Assembly (NCBI GenBank): GCA_965223865.1
Contig: OZ245020.1
Span: 288,001-352,000, forward strand
DNA: 64,000 bases
Source of the DNA: Nitrosarchaeum sp.
GTDB taxonomy: Archaea > Thermoproteota > Nitrososphaeria > Nitrososphaerales > Nitrosopumilaceae
Direction of reading: 5' to 3'
Position 1 is the stretch's first letter, and each line of letters starts with the position of its first letter. A model generated the notes under the pieces. That model saw only the letters and a list, made by a program, of their open reading frames with translations. It had not been told where the DNA came from and did not search any database. The position numbers and the translations under genes are program-made. Positions 1-10,634 of this stretch are shown here, piece by piece.

Positions 1-156
1 AATGACAATGCTACGGGCATGGCAGTCTTTGAGGCAACAGAGCAAGAAGCAAACGAGTTTTACAACAAGTATGACAAAATTTGTTCTGGCATACTGGAAT
101 ATTCAATGTATCAGTGGGATGCAATGCCTATTCTATCTGTTCTGTCGAAAAAATAA
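1..156 (+). CDS. 3' end of a hypothetical protein, truncated by the window edge (NDNATGMAVFEATEQEANEFYNKYDKICSGILEYSMYQWDAMPILSVLSKK*)
   Basis: Frame 1 is open from base 1 to TAA at 154-156 with protein-like composition; more plausible than the track ORF 2..187. Confidence 0.65.
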   Translation, partial: NDNATGMAVFEATEQEANEFYNKYDKICSGILEYSMYQWDAMPILSVLSKK

Positions 157-180
157 TCTCAGGAATTCTTCTTTTTTAAA

Positions 181-318
181 ATGCTAAAAAATGAATTATG
201 TAGAATCTGTGGCTGTGGATTATGTCAATACAAGAAGTGCACAGAATGTAGTATGACAATATCTACAAAATGCCAGTGCTGCGATAACATTGAAGACATC
301 CAATTGCATCGACATTAA
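181..318 (+). CDS. 45-aa Cys-rich zinc-finger micro-protein (MLKNELCRICGCGLCQYKKCTECSMTISTKCQCCDNIEDIQLHRH)
   Basis: Manual translation; three CxxC motifs plus His with the same spacing as ORF 2073..2276. Confidence 0.7.
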   Translation: MLKNELCRICGCGLCQYKKCTECSMTISTKCQCCDNIEDIQLHRH

Positions 319-498
319 GAAAATGACAGTCTCAAATCATAGAACAAGATACAGGATTAACATTATGCAATAATGATTCTGTTTTAATTTCATTATGTTC
401 TTGTATTAAAAAAGACAAACATCGGGTAAAGATTATACTAAATCTTGTAAAGGATTGTTTTTAGATAATCAAATATTGTATTATCTTAATGTGGATTT

Positions 499-948
499 AT
501 GGATAAAATTGATATAGAAATCTTATGGACTTTGAAAAACTCGCCATCTCCTTTAAGAATTCAAGACATGGTGAAGAATAATAAAAAATTATCAATCAAC
601 GACAAACTAAAAGAAAAACTTCAATCTTTGGAAGAAGATGGAATGATTGAATCAAACAATGGAATTGGTGATGATATTGGTTATACAATCACAAAAGATG
701 GTGATGATTTAATCTGGAAGGGGGAAACATGGAAGCCGATTTTTAATTTGATCAAATTAGTTAATCCTGAAAAATATACTAGTAATGAAATACGTCGAAT
801 CACTAACAAATCACTGATAGAGTGTGTAAGAGATATAGAGTATTTGAGAAAAGAGCTCAAGCTCATAGATGGACAATCTCGAGGTTTCAAACTATACTTC
901 ATCCTATCAGAAAAAGGAAAATCATATAATAGTGAAATTGACTCCTAG
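499..948 (+). CDS. Tandem winged-helix DNA-binding protein
   Basis: D-IEILWTL start, LQSLEEDGMI, and two wing-end motifs (GYTITKDG, YFILSEKG) suggest two wHTH units. Confidence 0.6.
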   Translation: MDKIDIEILWTLKNSPSPLRIQDMVKNNKKLSINDKLKEKLQSLEEDGMIESNNGIGDDIGYTITKDGDDLIWKGETWKPIFNLIKLVNPEKYTSNEIRRITNKSLIECVRDIEYLRKELKLIDGQSRGFKLYFILSEKGKSYNSEIDS

Positions 949-1097
949 AGACATCATTAGATAAAATTCATCAAAATTGGCATTGAATTAATTATTCCAG
1001 TATAATATAGAATATTTTTTTGAAATGTTAGTGTATTCAAGTTAAGTTGCAAGTTGTGAGTAGTATTCTTTATGAGTAATATATTCAATAAAAAATT

Positions 1098-1948
1098 ATG
1101 AATTATTTTACGATTTCAGTTTTATCAGTTTTTGTAATTTCTTTTTTTCTATTGTATATGACTCAGGCCGAAGCTTTATGTGCACCAAATGAAGACTGGC
1201 CACAAGCTCCTTGTCTTGATGTGCTGATAAATGGTTGTTATGATTCTAAAGATGTCAAAACTTGGATGAATTACTATGATTACAAAGGAGAATCACTCAT
1301 GGAATCAAAAAAAATAGAGATGAATAATGCAGTTGAAGAAAACAGGTTAAGAGAATGGGAATCTCTCACACAGGAAAATTACAATGTTTGGATGTATTAC
1401 TATCTCAAAGGAGAAGTTCTAGGTTTTACTGGAACCTACTATCAGTGTGTTGAAAAATCAAATTTAGATAAACCGTTAAAAATACAGACGAATCAAAGTG
1501 TATTCTTTGATGACTATGAAATAAAATTTTCAGAAATTCTGGAGGACTCTAGATGCCCATCTGATGTTACATGTGTTTGGGAGGGACGTGCTGCTATCAA
1601 GTTAGATATAAAAAATAAAGACGATCAGAGTATATCCTTGTAACTCCAGACAGGACAATTGCATTTTTTGATTCATACAAAATCAATCTAATAGAGATCG
1701 TACCATATCCTGCAAGCTCAAAAATCATACTTCATGAAGAATATTCAGCTACTCTTGATATTTCAAGGATGAATGAAATTATTCCTCTAATAAAACAATT
1801 ATCTCAAGGGATTGAACCGACTGCAGTGATTTGTAAGAAAGGATTTATTTTAATTCTAAAATATAATGATGGATCTCCTGCATGTGTAAAATTTGAGACT
1901 GCATTAATTCTTGAGGAACGTGGATGGGGAAGTATGTTACAAGTATGA
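1098..1948 (+). pseudogene. Frameshifted secreted protein (signal peptide, DSRCPxDVxCVWEG domain, C-terminal SPACVK...ERGW domain)
   Basis: ORF 1098..1643 stops at TAA; the protein continues in the -1 frame (ILVTPDRTIAFFDSYKINLIEIVPYP...GSPACVKFETALILEERGWG) to TGA at 1946-1948; the shift lies between 1619 and 1640. Confidence 0.75.
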
Positions 1949-2072
1949 AAATTAAAAACAAATTAGAAACGGCAGACTATTGCTATTATTTTCTTGTTCT
2001 CATTATCTAGAATCAGAATTAATAGTCCAAACTAATTAGCTCTTTCTAATTTTAGAATTATTTTTATGCGAA

Positions 2073-2276
2073 TTGATAGTGATGGTATCTATGCAAAACA
2101 AATTCTGTAAAATTTGCAATTCTAATCTAGAGATAGAGAAAAGATGTAAATTCTGTAACGAACCAACGAGACTGTTTTGTCACACTTGTGGAGTCGTAAC
2201 AGAAAAGATGAGTCATCCAGCATGCATGGTAATTGATGTCAATTCAATGCTAATAGAGACTACAAACAAAAACTAA
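2073..2276 (+). CDS. Small triple-CxxC zinc-finger protein (likely start ATG 2091)
   Basis: CKIC-x9-CKFC-x7-CHTC-x8-H. Confidence 0.75.
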   Translation: MIVMVSMQNKFCKICNSNLEIEKRCKFCNEPTRLFCHTCGVVTEKMSHPACMVIDVNSMLIETTNKN

Positions 2277-2306
2277 TTTTTTATTTTATATCAAAATTAT
2301 TTTGAA

Positions 2307-3062
2307 TTAAGGTTCTGTGTTTACAAAGACATGTCCTAGTGTATGTGGTGTGTCATCTATTAAGACATCAATTGGAATTGGTTCTATGTTTGTTTGGAGT
2401 AATTCTTTTAATTCTTTTTTTGTAAACCACTGGCTGCGATATCCCAAACTATTCTTAAATACAATGTTTTTTTCATCAAAAGAATCTTCATCAATCTGTT
2501 TTACCATTTCTTTCATTGGCAAATACAGTTTTGGTGCTGCAAAGCCAAAATTATCACCATTAAAGGCAGAAATTATAGCTAGACCATCTGTTCTGGCTAA
2601 TCTTAACATGTTTTCAATAAACGTGGCTCTCTTATCTAGAGGTATGACTCCAATAGTGTTGTACATGCACATCACAATATTTGTTGTGTCTTGTTCAAAC
2701 AATTCACAAAGATTCGGATCTGTCAAGTCGTGTCTAAGAAATTTCATATTATGATTTTTGGAATTATTCAGTAATATTTTCTGGTTTGCCCTATTGATCA
2801 TTTGCTCAGAGTTATCAATGCCATAAAACATTATAGAATTGTCTTTCAATGTTTTATCAAGTGAGAACAAGACCCTTCCAGTTCCACTTCCCATATCAAT
2901 GATAGAGCATTTCTTTTTGTTGTTTTTCTTTCTAATGATTTTGCACAAATAGCTAACAATATCAATCTCTTTTTGAAGATAACCTGCTATTATGGGATCT
3001 TTATTTTCTTCAACATTTCTGTCATATTCTGAGGAAATATCATCCCAACTTTTTTTGTTCAT
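2307..3062 (-). CDS. Class I SAM-dependent methyltransferase
   Basis: Motif I IIDMGSGTGR, YGIDNS, HDL. Confidence 0.85.
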   Translation of the reverse strand: MNKKSWDDISSEYDRNVEENKDPIIAGYLQKEIDIVSYLCKIIRKKNNKKKCSIIDMGSGTGRVLFSLDKTLKDNSIMFYGIDNSEQMINRANQKILLNNSKNHNMKFLRHDLTDPNLCELFEQDTTNIVMCMYNTIGVIPLDKRATFIENMLRLARTDGLAIISAFNGDNFGFAAPKLYLPMKEMVKQIDEDSFDEKNIVFKNSLGYRSQWFTKKELKELLQTNIEPIPIDVLIDDTPHTLGHVFVNTEP

Positions 3063-3244
3063 TAGTCATTTCACAAAATTCCAATTAATATCATAATCGT
3101 AACTTATTGTATGGGTCATTTAATAGCCAAATTCTAGTTAAGGAGAACAGTTTGGTAAATTCTCATATTTGAATTAGGATTTCTCTAAATTAAGTAATTA
3201 GTTGATGAAATTTTTATAAATCCACCTAGTTTACCCACATTGAA

Positions 3245-4642
3245 TTGAGTGAATTTGATGAGCTTTTTCAAAAATTATTAGATCAAAAACCAGAACTAAC
3301 TCGTTCTGATGTTGAAGAACAAATTAAACTAAAGAAAGAAAAGATTGGTGCAGGGTACCTAACAGATCAAGGAGCACTATTTTTGATCGCATCTGATTAT
3401 GGAGTTTCATTATCAGAGCCACTAAAAGTTGAGATGGGATTAAAGGACCTTTATGCTGGTGCTAAAGAAATTTCTCTAGAAACTAGGGTTCTCAGTGTTT
3501 CTCCTGCAAAGCAATTCTCTAGAAAAGATGGCTCTCCTTTCTATCTTAGAACCATGACAGTTTATGATGCAAACTCTACTGCAAGTGTAAAGTTATGGGA
3601 TGAAAAAGCAAACATGCCAGGAATTGAAAATCTAAAACCAGGTGATTTAATTAAAATCATCAAAGCTTATGTAAAATCAGATCTTAATGGTTCTCCTACC
3701 ATCAATATTGGTTCAGGCTCTAATATTGAATCAGTAGATAACAGTAGTGAAATTCCTACAATTGAAAATATTACCAAAGATATCAGCGAGCTACAAGAAG
3801 GCCAAAAAGATTTGGTAACCTCAGGTGTTCTTGATGGAGTGATAAACAGTATGGAGTTTACAAATTCCAGAGGTCAGCCTGGAAAAGCACTAAGAATGAG
3901 GCTAAAAGGAAAAGATGGGAATGCCATGAGAGTGGTACTTTGGGGAAAAGATGAATCAAATATTCCAAATATGATATCCCAAGGAGCAAAGGTACGATTA
4001 CTGGGAGTTAAAGTAAGATCTGGAAACCAAGGAACAGAGATTCATGGTAATGATTCTACACAAATTCAGATAGAAGGGGCAAAAGAAGCAGAACCAATCA
4101 TAGCAAGAGTTCTATCTATATCACCAACTGAAACCGGGAAGAGTTTGATTTTAGCTGTTGATGATAAGAAAAATCTGTATAACATTACTGATAATTCCAA
4201 TTCAACTAGTATCTGTAATGAAGGAGATGTGATAGAGTGTATGCCATCAAAAGTTTATGGCAATGCCATTAATCTTGATGATAATTCATTTGTGAGAAAG
4301 CTAGAAAATGATGTATCAATTCCATCACTATCACAACTTAGAACAAGAATCAGTGATGTTAAAGTTGATGGAAACTATTGTATTGAATCTATAATTTTAA
4401 AAATTCCTGAAAGACGTGAAGTTCAAACAAAGTCAGGAGAATCTATTTCATTATCTGAAATGTTTGTTGAAGACGATACTGGTCAAATTTGGATCAAAGG
4501 TTGGAGAAACCAAGCTAGACTAATTGACAAATGTGAGCTAGGTGAAATTATTTCCGTAACTGGTTTGAATGCAAGAGCTGGTTTGGAAGGAAGAATAGAG
4601 TTATTTCTCACACCATTTTCAAAAATTACAAAGAAAAACTAG
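3245..4642 (+). CDS. rpa: Replication protein A, multi-OB-fold ssDNA-binding protein
   Basis: Repeated OB-fold motifs (FSRKDGS...DANSTASVKLWD; RVVLWG; EDDTGQIWIKGW) and N-terminal GYLTDQGALFLIA domain. Confidence 0.85.
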   Translation: MSEFDELFQKLLDQKPELTRSDVEEQIKLKKEKIGAGYLTDQGALFLIASDYGVSLSEPLKVEMGLKDLYAGAKEISLETRVLSVSPAKQFSRKDGSPFYLRTMTVYDANSTASVKLWDEKANMPGIENLKPGDLIKIIKAYVKSDLNGSPTINIGSGSNIESVDNSSEIPTIENITKDISELQEGQKDLVTSGVLDGVINSMEFTNSRGQPGKALRMRLKGKDGNAMRVVLWGKDESNIPNMISQGAKVRLLGVKVRSGNQGTEIHGNDSTQIQIEGAKEAEPIIARVLSISPTETGKSLILAVDDKKNLYNITDNSNSTSICNEGDVIECMPSKVYGNAINLDDNSFVRKLENDVSIPSLSQLRTRISDVKVDGNYCIESIILKIPERREVQTKSGESISLSEMFVEDDTGQIWIKGWRNQARLIDKCELGEIISVTGLNARAGLEGRIELFLTPFSKITKKN

Positions 4643-7386
4643 GAGTCCCAAAATCCTCTAGTTACAACATATTGTCTTTCTGCTTCATAGATTTGCTTGA
4701 AGAGATGTTCTTCATCAACCATGTTACGTAAAATTCTAGCAGCAGTATCTGCACCTACCCCGTATCCAGACATTACAGTTATTGCAGTTTTTCCAAAATT
4801 TTCTATCAAAGATGATACTTTCCAGGCACGATCAAACTTGTGTTTTTCATCTGAAGTTAGCTTTTTTCCTTCATGTTTTTTTCGAATAATTTTTGATAAA
4901 TCATAGTCAGAGTAAAATGTTGCAGTTATTTGTCGGCCCTTACAATATGGACAAATTAAGATATTTTTGACATCATTTGTCTCAACTACTCGTTCCCATT
5001 TACCACATCTTGCACAAACAAGTCGATGTTTAGTCTTTGCTAGTCTGGATTTTACAAGATCTAAAATTCCTTTATCAAGATTTGCAGGAGCAGAATAATA
5101 TTTTGTGGTATGGTCTAAGATTGGTTCGGCAAGTTTAGAAAATTTATCAACTTCTATCCATTTTACAGATATTTCATCTTCTCTAATTTTTTTTAGAATT
5201 TTATCTGTGTTTGGTAAATCGTATTTGTCATGGAATAATTCCCTTAAAGCTTCTTTAACTAAAGATGTTTTTGAATATCGCTCATACAAAAATCGCGCAG
5301 ATTTTTTTTCATATATTGCACCTCTTTCAACAACACCAAATTTTTTTGCAACACACCAAGTTCTCCAGTTTACATTATGAGTTCCTGCCAAAGAAGCAGT
5401 AACCATAGAATAAAGATCATAATCATCTGTTAAAACTTCGAAAAAGAGTTTTTCAGATATTCTAGATCGGGAGGATAAAACAATTCTATATCCATCGCCT
5501 CGTGAGTCTACCATACTCCCTAACATTGAAGATAGCATTGAAGATAGCAAAGTTGATAGAGTTGTGTTTATTTTTGTTCCAAAACAAGAGTGAATTACAA
5601 TTGAACCCTGTGTCTTACTTGATTCAATTATAACATGACTTTGATTTGGTATTTCAAAATTTAGATTATCTATGGTTTTGTTGATTAGCTTTAATGAACC
5701 GCTTTTTACTTTGGTACGAAAAAGACCAACTTTTTTAGCAGTATTGTAGTCAATTGGAATGCTTTCACCTTCCCAGTATGGTACTGTAATGCCACCACCT
5801 CTGAATGGTTCAACATTGACTGATAATGACTTTTCATCTACATTGAGAATTCTCCATTGAGAACCTTTTAGAACAAAGATATTTCCTGAATCACCAAAAT
5901 CACCCACAAATCTTTGATCCAAAGTCCCAATGATTTTCTTTCCTACACTATCAAAAACCTTGAATTTTAAAATGTCGGGTATTGTTGAAAGATTTTCAAA
6001 ATAATATTTGAAGGAACGACCTTTTTTCCAAAAAGACATTTTGTTTCTATCAAAGAAAATCAGATAGTTAGAGTCTAGTAAATCTAAAACCCCGATTAAT
6101 TCATCTAGCTGCAAATTTCTAAAAGGATACGCATGATTTATTGTCTCTAGAGCAAAATCAACAGGAATTTCACCCATCTGCATTGTCATTCCCACTAGAT
6201 GGTGTGCAAGAACATCCAAAGAACCATCATGAATTTTTTGCTCTTCTATAGAGCCTTCCTTAATTCTATCAAGAATTGCTTTTGCTTCAAATTCATCATC
6301 AGAGTTATTTGTAATAATTAAGCCCTGAGCAGATGCATCTCTGTTATGTTTACTTCTTCCTATTCTTTGAACAAGTTTTGATACTTGACGCGGTGATCCA
6401 TAATGAATTACCAATTCAATAGAGCCAATATCCAAACCTAATTCCAGAGAAGAAGTACATACAACAATTCCATGTTTTCCTTCTCTTAGTGAAAGCTCTG
6501 TGTCTTCTCTTACTTCTTTTGATAATGAACCGTGATGAAGTTCTATAGGTATAGAAGATTTTTCTTTAAGAATTGATGCTAGAAATTCAGCCTCTCCTCT
6601 TGTATTTGTAAATAAAAGTACAGGAGAATCCAAATTTTGTTCTTGCACATGCTCAATTATTTTGTCTGCAACATCTGAAATTGTGCCATCCACAAACTTT
6701 ACCTCAACATCATATCTTCGAACAGATGTATCTCTGATGATTTGACATTTTCTCTTAGAACCCACTACAAACTTTCCTGCTTCTTCAAAATTTCCAACTG
6801 TTGCAGATAATCCAATTTTTGTAAGAGGAAATTTTGAGGCTATTTGTAGTCTTTCCATGCTAAGAGATAGTTGAGCCCCTCTTTCACTTCCTAGTAATTC
6901 GTGAACTTCATCAATTACAATCCATTCTAGTTCTGAAAATGCATTGAGCATCTTTGGTTGGGTAAGAAGAATCACTAGAGTTTCAGGAGTCGTAATTAAA
7001 ACATCTGGAGGATTTTCAGTGATTTTTCTTCTGGCAGTTTGTGTTGTATCGCCATGCCTGATTTCTAGGGACAGATCATTTGAATGCGCATATTTTGTTA
7101 TTCTTCTAAATACGTCACGGTTTAATGCTCGAAGTGGAGTTATGTAAAGAACTTTGATTTTACCTAGTTTTTTTGAATTTTTTACAAGAGAAAAAATTGG
7201 AATTACCGAACACTCGGTTTTACCTGATCCTGTAGGAGCAATAATCAAAGAATCTTTTTTTTGTAATACCATAGGTGATGCCTTTTTTTGAATTTCCGTA
7301 AGATTAACAAATCCAAATTTTTCAAATAAGGAATTGATCTTCGAATCAGAAAAATTATTTTTCTGAATTTGATCGTGTTTTTTCAT
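4639..7386 (-). CDS. lhr: Lhr-family SF2 DEAD/H helicase with C-terminal Zn finger
   Basis: APTGSGKT, ITPLRALNRD, TTPETL, DEVH, SAT, HHGSLS, SLELGLDIG, QRIGRS; CARC/CPYC. Confidence 0.92.
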   Translation of the reverse strand: MKKHDQIQKNNFSDSKINSLFEKFGFVNLTEIQKKASPMVLQKKDSLIIAPTGSGKTECSVIPIFSLVKNSKKLGKIKVLYITPLRALNRDVFRRITKYAHSNDLSLEIRHGDTTQTARRKITENPPDVLITTPETLVILLTQPKMLNAFSELEWIVIDEVHELLGSERGAQLSLSMERLQIASKFPLTKIGLSATVGNFEEAGKFVVGSKRKCQIIRDTSVRRYDVEVKFVDGTISDVADKIIEHVQEQNLDSPVLLFTNTRGEAEFLASILKEKSSIPIELHHGSLSKEVREDTELSLREGKHGIVVCTSSLELGLDIGSIELVIHYGSPRQVSKLVQRIGRSKHNRDASAQGLIITNNSDDEFEAKAILDRIKEGSIEEQKIHDGSLDVLAHHLVGMTMQMGEIPVDFALETINHAYPFRNLQLDELIGVLDLLDSNYLIFFDRNKMSFWKKGRSFKYYFENLSTIPDILKFKVFDSVGKKIIGTLDQRFVGDFGDSGNIFVLKGSQWRILNVDEKSLSVNVEPFRGGGITVPYWEGESIPIDYNTAKKVGLFRTKVKSGSLKLINKTIDNLNFEIPNQSHVIIESSKTQGSIVIHSCFGTKINTTLSTLLSSMLSSMLGSMVDSRGDGYRIVLSSRSRISEKLFFEVLTDDYDLYSMVTASLAGTHNVNWRTWCVAKKFGVVERGAIYEKKSARFLYERYSKTSLVKEALRELFHDKYDLPNTDKILKKIREDEISVKWIEVDKFSKLAEPILDHTTKYYSAPANLDKGILDLVKSRLAKTKHRLVCARCGKWERVVETNDVKNILICPYCKGRQITATFYSDYDLSKIIRKKHEGKKLTSDEKHKFDRAWKVSSLIENFGKTAITVMSGYGVGADTAARILRNMVDEEHLFKQIYEAERQYVVTRGFWDS

Positions 7387-7462
7387 AAACCATTACTCCA
7401 ACTATACCAAGTACAAATAAAACAACAATAATCATTGGGATGGAATCAAAAATTTCTACCAT
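7355..7462 (-). CDS. 35-aa single-pass membrane micro-protein (MVEIFDSIPMIIVVLFVLGIVGVMVYEKTRSNSEK)
   Basis: Manual translation; hydrophobic core with a polar tail; fills the gap between the RadA paralogue and lhr, overlapping the lhr start. Confidence 0.5.
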   Translation of the reverse strand: MVEIFDSIPMIIVVLFVLGIVGVMVYEKTRSNSEK

Positions 7463-7494
7463 TTTTTAACATACTCAATGAGCATTAAAAATCT

Positions 7495-8142
7495 TCAGGA
7501 TTGAATTAATCCGGACGATGTAATTGTATAAGAAAAATAATTTTTATGAATTAACCAGTTTATTTCACCTTTGAATTTTGAAGAAATTTTTGAGAGTCTA
7601 ATTTTAACATGTGTAAATGGATCAATTGCAGATTTCATGTTTTCTACTTCTTTGTTCTCAATATTTCTAATCATATTTGTTATGACAACTGGAATTTTCT
7701 TATTAATTGCAACACATGAAAGTTGATGCATGAATTTCATAAAGGTGGAATTTTTCTGGAATGTAGAATCCTCACTCTGATATTCATAAGAAAATAAATC
7801 AGTAACATTATCAATTACAATAAGAGAAAAAATTTTTTCATTCATAATTTTGATAGAATTGATTTGTTCTGAAGTATTAGTTATTCGTAAAACCGTAATT
7901 TTGTCAAGTAAATTATATTGTAAATTTTGACTAGTTTGCATTCCAATAATTCGTTCAGGCCTAAAACCCCCTGTAGTATCTAGATAGAGAACATTGCCGC
8001 TGTTTTTGATAGAGTTTATGCAAATTTGTAATAAGAGTTGAGTTTTTCCAGTTCCGTTAGCGCCATAAATATCGGTAATAACACCATTTTGAATTCCTCC
8101 TAAAAGAAATTCATCTAATTTTTCTAGTCCGGTTGAGATCAT
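7495..8142 (-). CDS. RadA/RadB-like RecA-superfamily ATPase paralogue (no N-terminal HhH)
   Basis: MISTGLEKLDEFLLGGI, Walker A GANGTGKT, YLDT, FRPERI, LIVIDN; start placed at ATG 8142. Confidence 0.85.
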   Translation of the reverse strand: MISTGLEKLDEFLLGGIQNGVITDIYGANGTGKTQLLLQICINSIKNSGNVLYLDTTGGFRPERIIGMQTSQNLQYNLLDKITVLRITNTSEQINSIKIMNEKIFSLIVIDNVTDLFSYEYQSEDSTFQKNSTFMKFMHQLSCVAINKKIPVVITNMIRNIENKEVENMKSAIDPFTHVKIRLSKISSKFKGEINWLIHKNYFSYTITSSGLIQS

Positions 8143-8251
8143 TTGATTAATTATCAGAAAATGGAGAAAAAATTTAAGGAATTTCATCATTTACAAAGGA
8201 GGTAAGGCTTTTATTCTAGAGAACAACGTATGCAAAACAAGTGAATAATTA

Positions 8252-8494
8252 GTGTCGCAAACGAGTGCAAAAAGACCATTAACAACACTTCAGAAAAGTA
8301 CGAAAAAGAAAGTTACAGTTAGACTGAAGAATGAAGTTGAATACAAAGGTAAAATGGATAATGTTGATTCTTACATGAATTTGATTATGACTGATGCTGA
8401 AGAACTTCATGATGGTAAGGTTATTGCAAATTATGGCAGAGTAATAGTTAGAGGCAATAATGTATTGTTTATCAAACTAGAAAATGAACTCTAG
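8252..8494 (+). CDS. Sm-like (LSm/SmAP) RNA-binding protein
   Basis: Sm1 DSYMNLIM and Sm2 VIVRGNNV. Confidence 0.92.
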   Translation: MSQTSAKRPLTTLQKSTKKKVTVRLKNEVEYKGKMDNVDSYMNLIMTDAEELHDGKVIANYGRVIVRGNNVLFIKLENEL

Positions 8495-8497
8495 TTA

Positions 8498-9673
8498 GTG
8501 GTTCTCATGACTAATAATTTTATATTTTCTTCTGAATCCGTAACTGAAGGTCATCCAGATAAAATCTGCGATCAAATTTCAGATGCATTTTTAGATGAAT
8601 TTCTCCGACAAGATCCTGAAGCCAGAGTAGCTGTTGAGACTTTGGTTACAACTGATTTTGTGGCAGTTGCAGGTGAAGTTACATCAAAGGCAAATTTTGA
8701 TAAAAAAGCCCAGGAAGAACTTGTAAGAAAAACAATCAGAGATATTGGATATGATAATAAAGATTTGATGTTTGATACAGAATTTTGTGAAGTAACCTTA
8801 AGACTACATGCTCAAAGTCCAGATATCAGTCAAGGTGTAACTGCTACTGAAGACCATGAACAAGGAGCAGGAGACCAGGGATTGATGTTTGGATATGCCT
8901 CAAATGAAACAGAAGAGCTTATGCCTATGCCTGCTTTATTAGCACAAAAACTTGCACAAAAATTATCAGAAGTAAGAAAAAACAAAGTACTTCCTTGGGC
9001 AAGACCAGATGGAAAAACCCAAGTTTCAGTTAGATATGAAGATAACAAGCCAATAGGAATTGAAACTGTGGTTGTTTCCACACAACATGCACCTGAAATT
9101 TCTCAAGAAGAAATATCCAAACAAGTAATTGATAAAGTAATCAAACCAGTTTTAGGCGACTTGTGGAATGATCAAATTACAGTTCACATAAACCCAACTG
9201 GAAAATTTGTAATTGGTGGACCTCATGGAGATGCAGGACTGACAGGAAGAAAAATTATTGTTGATACATATGGTGGATTTGGAAGGCATGGAGGTGGTGC
9301 ATTCTCTGGAAAAGATCCTTCCAAAGTTGACAGATCTGCATGTTATATGTGCAGATATATTGCAAAAAATTTAGTTGCTGCAGGTTTGGCAGACAGATGT
9401 GAAGTTCAACTAGCATATGCAATTGGAGTAGCAGAACCAGTTTCACTTTATGTCAATACCTTTGGAACTCATAAGATTGCAGAACATGAAATTGAGGAAT
9501 TGGTTAGAAAGAATTTTGATATGAAACCTTCAGGAATTATCTCACAGTTAGACCTGAAAAGACCAATCTACAGAAAAACTGCAGCTTATGGTCACTTTGG
9601 AAGAAATGAGCCTGAATTTAATTGGGAAAAAACTGACAAAGCAGATGCACTAAAGCAAGCTGCCGGACTTTAA
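8498..9673 (+). CDS. metK: S-adenosylmethionine synthetase, bacterial/eukaryotic type
   Basis: [26 protein letters not shown] signatures. Confidence 0.97.
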   Translation: MVLMTNNFIFSSESVTEGHPDKICDQISDAFLDEFLRQDPEARVAVETLVTTDFVAVAGEVTSKANFDKKAQEELVRKTIRDIGYDNKDLMFDTEFCEVTLRLHAQSPDISQGVTATEDHEQGAGDQGLMFGYASNETEELMPMPALLAQKLAQKLSEVRKNKVLPWARPDGKTQVSVRYEDNKPIGIETVVVSTQHAPEISQEEISKQVIDKVIKPVLGDLWNDQITVHINPTGKFVIGGPHGDAGLTGRKIIVDTYGGFGRHGGGAFSGKDPSKVDRSACYMCRYIAKNLVAAGLADRCEVQLAYAIGVAEPVSLYVNTFGTHKIAEHEIEELVRKNFDMKPSGIISQLDLKRPIYRKTAAYGHFGRNEPEFNWEKTDKADALKQAAGL

Positions 9674-10516
9674 CAATTCCATCACAGATTGAAATTTAAT
9701 TTGAGAGATGTTTTCTAATTTTTTGTGATTTCCCTTAAAATTACCAACTAGAAGATTTAGATCATCTACGCCAAAATCGTTTTTTGGATTCGTAATTGCT
9801 TGGTGATATACAGTTTCTAAGTTAATTTTTTTGATTTTTGTTCCTGTTCCATGTGAGAATTCTCTAACATATTTTTCAAAAGTTATTGATTCCGTACCAA
9901 CAAGATCTAAAATTTTGTTTGAAAATTTCTTATTCTGAGTAGATTTTAAAATTATTTTTGAGACATCATTGATGAATATTGGTTGAATTGTATATTTTCC
10001 AGATCCGGGAATTTGAATTATACCTCTTTTAATTTGTGATTTTAGGTATTTTGTAAATAGATCATCTTTTCCTACAATGTATGAGGGTCGAAAAATAGTA
10101 AAATCTAGGTTTGAGTTGATAATTTGTTGTTCAGCCTTGAATTTAGAAATAAAATATCCTAATGTAGTATTTTTTGAAACTCCTAAACCACTTGTATACA
10201 CAATTTTTTTGATGCTTGCTTTTTTGCACAAATCAATAATTTTTTTTGTAAATTCCAGGTTGATTAAAGAGTAATCGTTATCAACTGTTTGTTTTCCAAT
10301 ACCAACTAAATGAATTAAAGCATTAGAATTTTTTATTTTTGGTAAGATAATTTTTTCATCATAGTTTTTTGAAACAATTTTGGTTTCATTTTTAAATTTT
10401 TGAAAATTCTTCCTAGAGATTGATACTGTTTTTATATTATTTTCAAATAGAAATTTTCTAACATTTTTTGCTACAAAACCACTAGCACCTGTAACTACAA
10501 ATTGAAGATCAGACAA
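9650..10516 (-). CDS. NAD-dependent epimerase/dehydratase (atypical SDR)
   Basis: [22 protein letters not shown]. Confidence 0.85.
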   Translation of the reverse strand: MSDLQFVVTGASGFVAKNVRKFLFENNIKTVSISRKNFQKFKNETKIVSKNYDEKIILPKIKNSNALIHLVGIGKQTVDNDYSLINLEFTKKIIDLCKKASIKKIVYTSGLGVSKNTTLGYFISKFKAEQQIINSNLDFTIFRPSYIVGKDDLFTKYLKSQIKRGIIQIPGSGKYTIQPIFINDVSKIILKSTQNKKFSNKILDLVGTESITFEKYVREFSHGTGTKIKKINLETVYHQAITNPKNDFGVDDLNLLVGNFKGNHKKLENISQIKFQSVMELLKSGSLL

Positions 10517-10634
10517 ATTGGTATTCTTTATTTTAATTCAAATATAATCTAAAGATTTCTTTACAAATTTCATTGTAAATTTTTTAGTGAATTCTAAGAC
10601 AAAACCAAACAAGAGTTAATACATCAAAATAATC

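Noticed and set aside
2-187. Track ORF of 61 aa
   Set aside because: Overlaps the more protein-like frame-1 CDS ending at 156 and the zinc-finger start at 181
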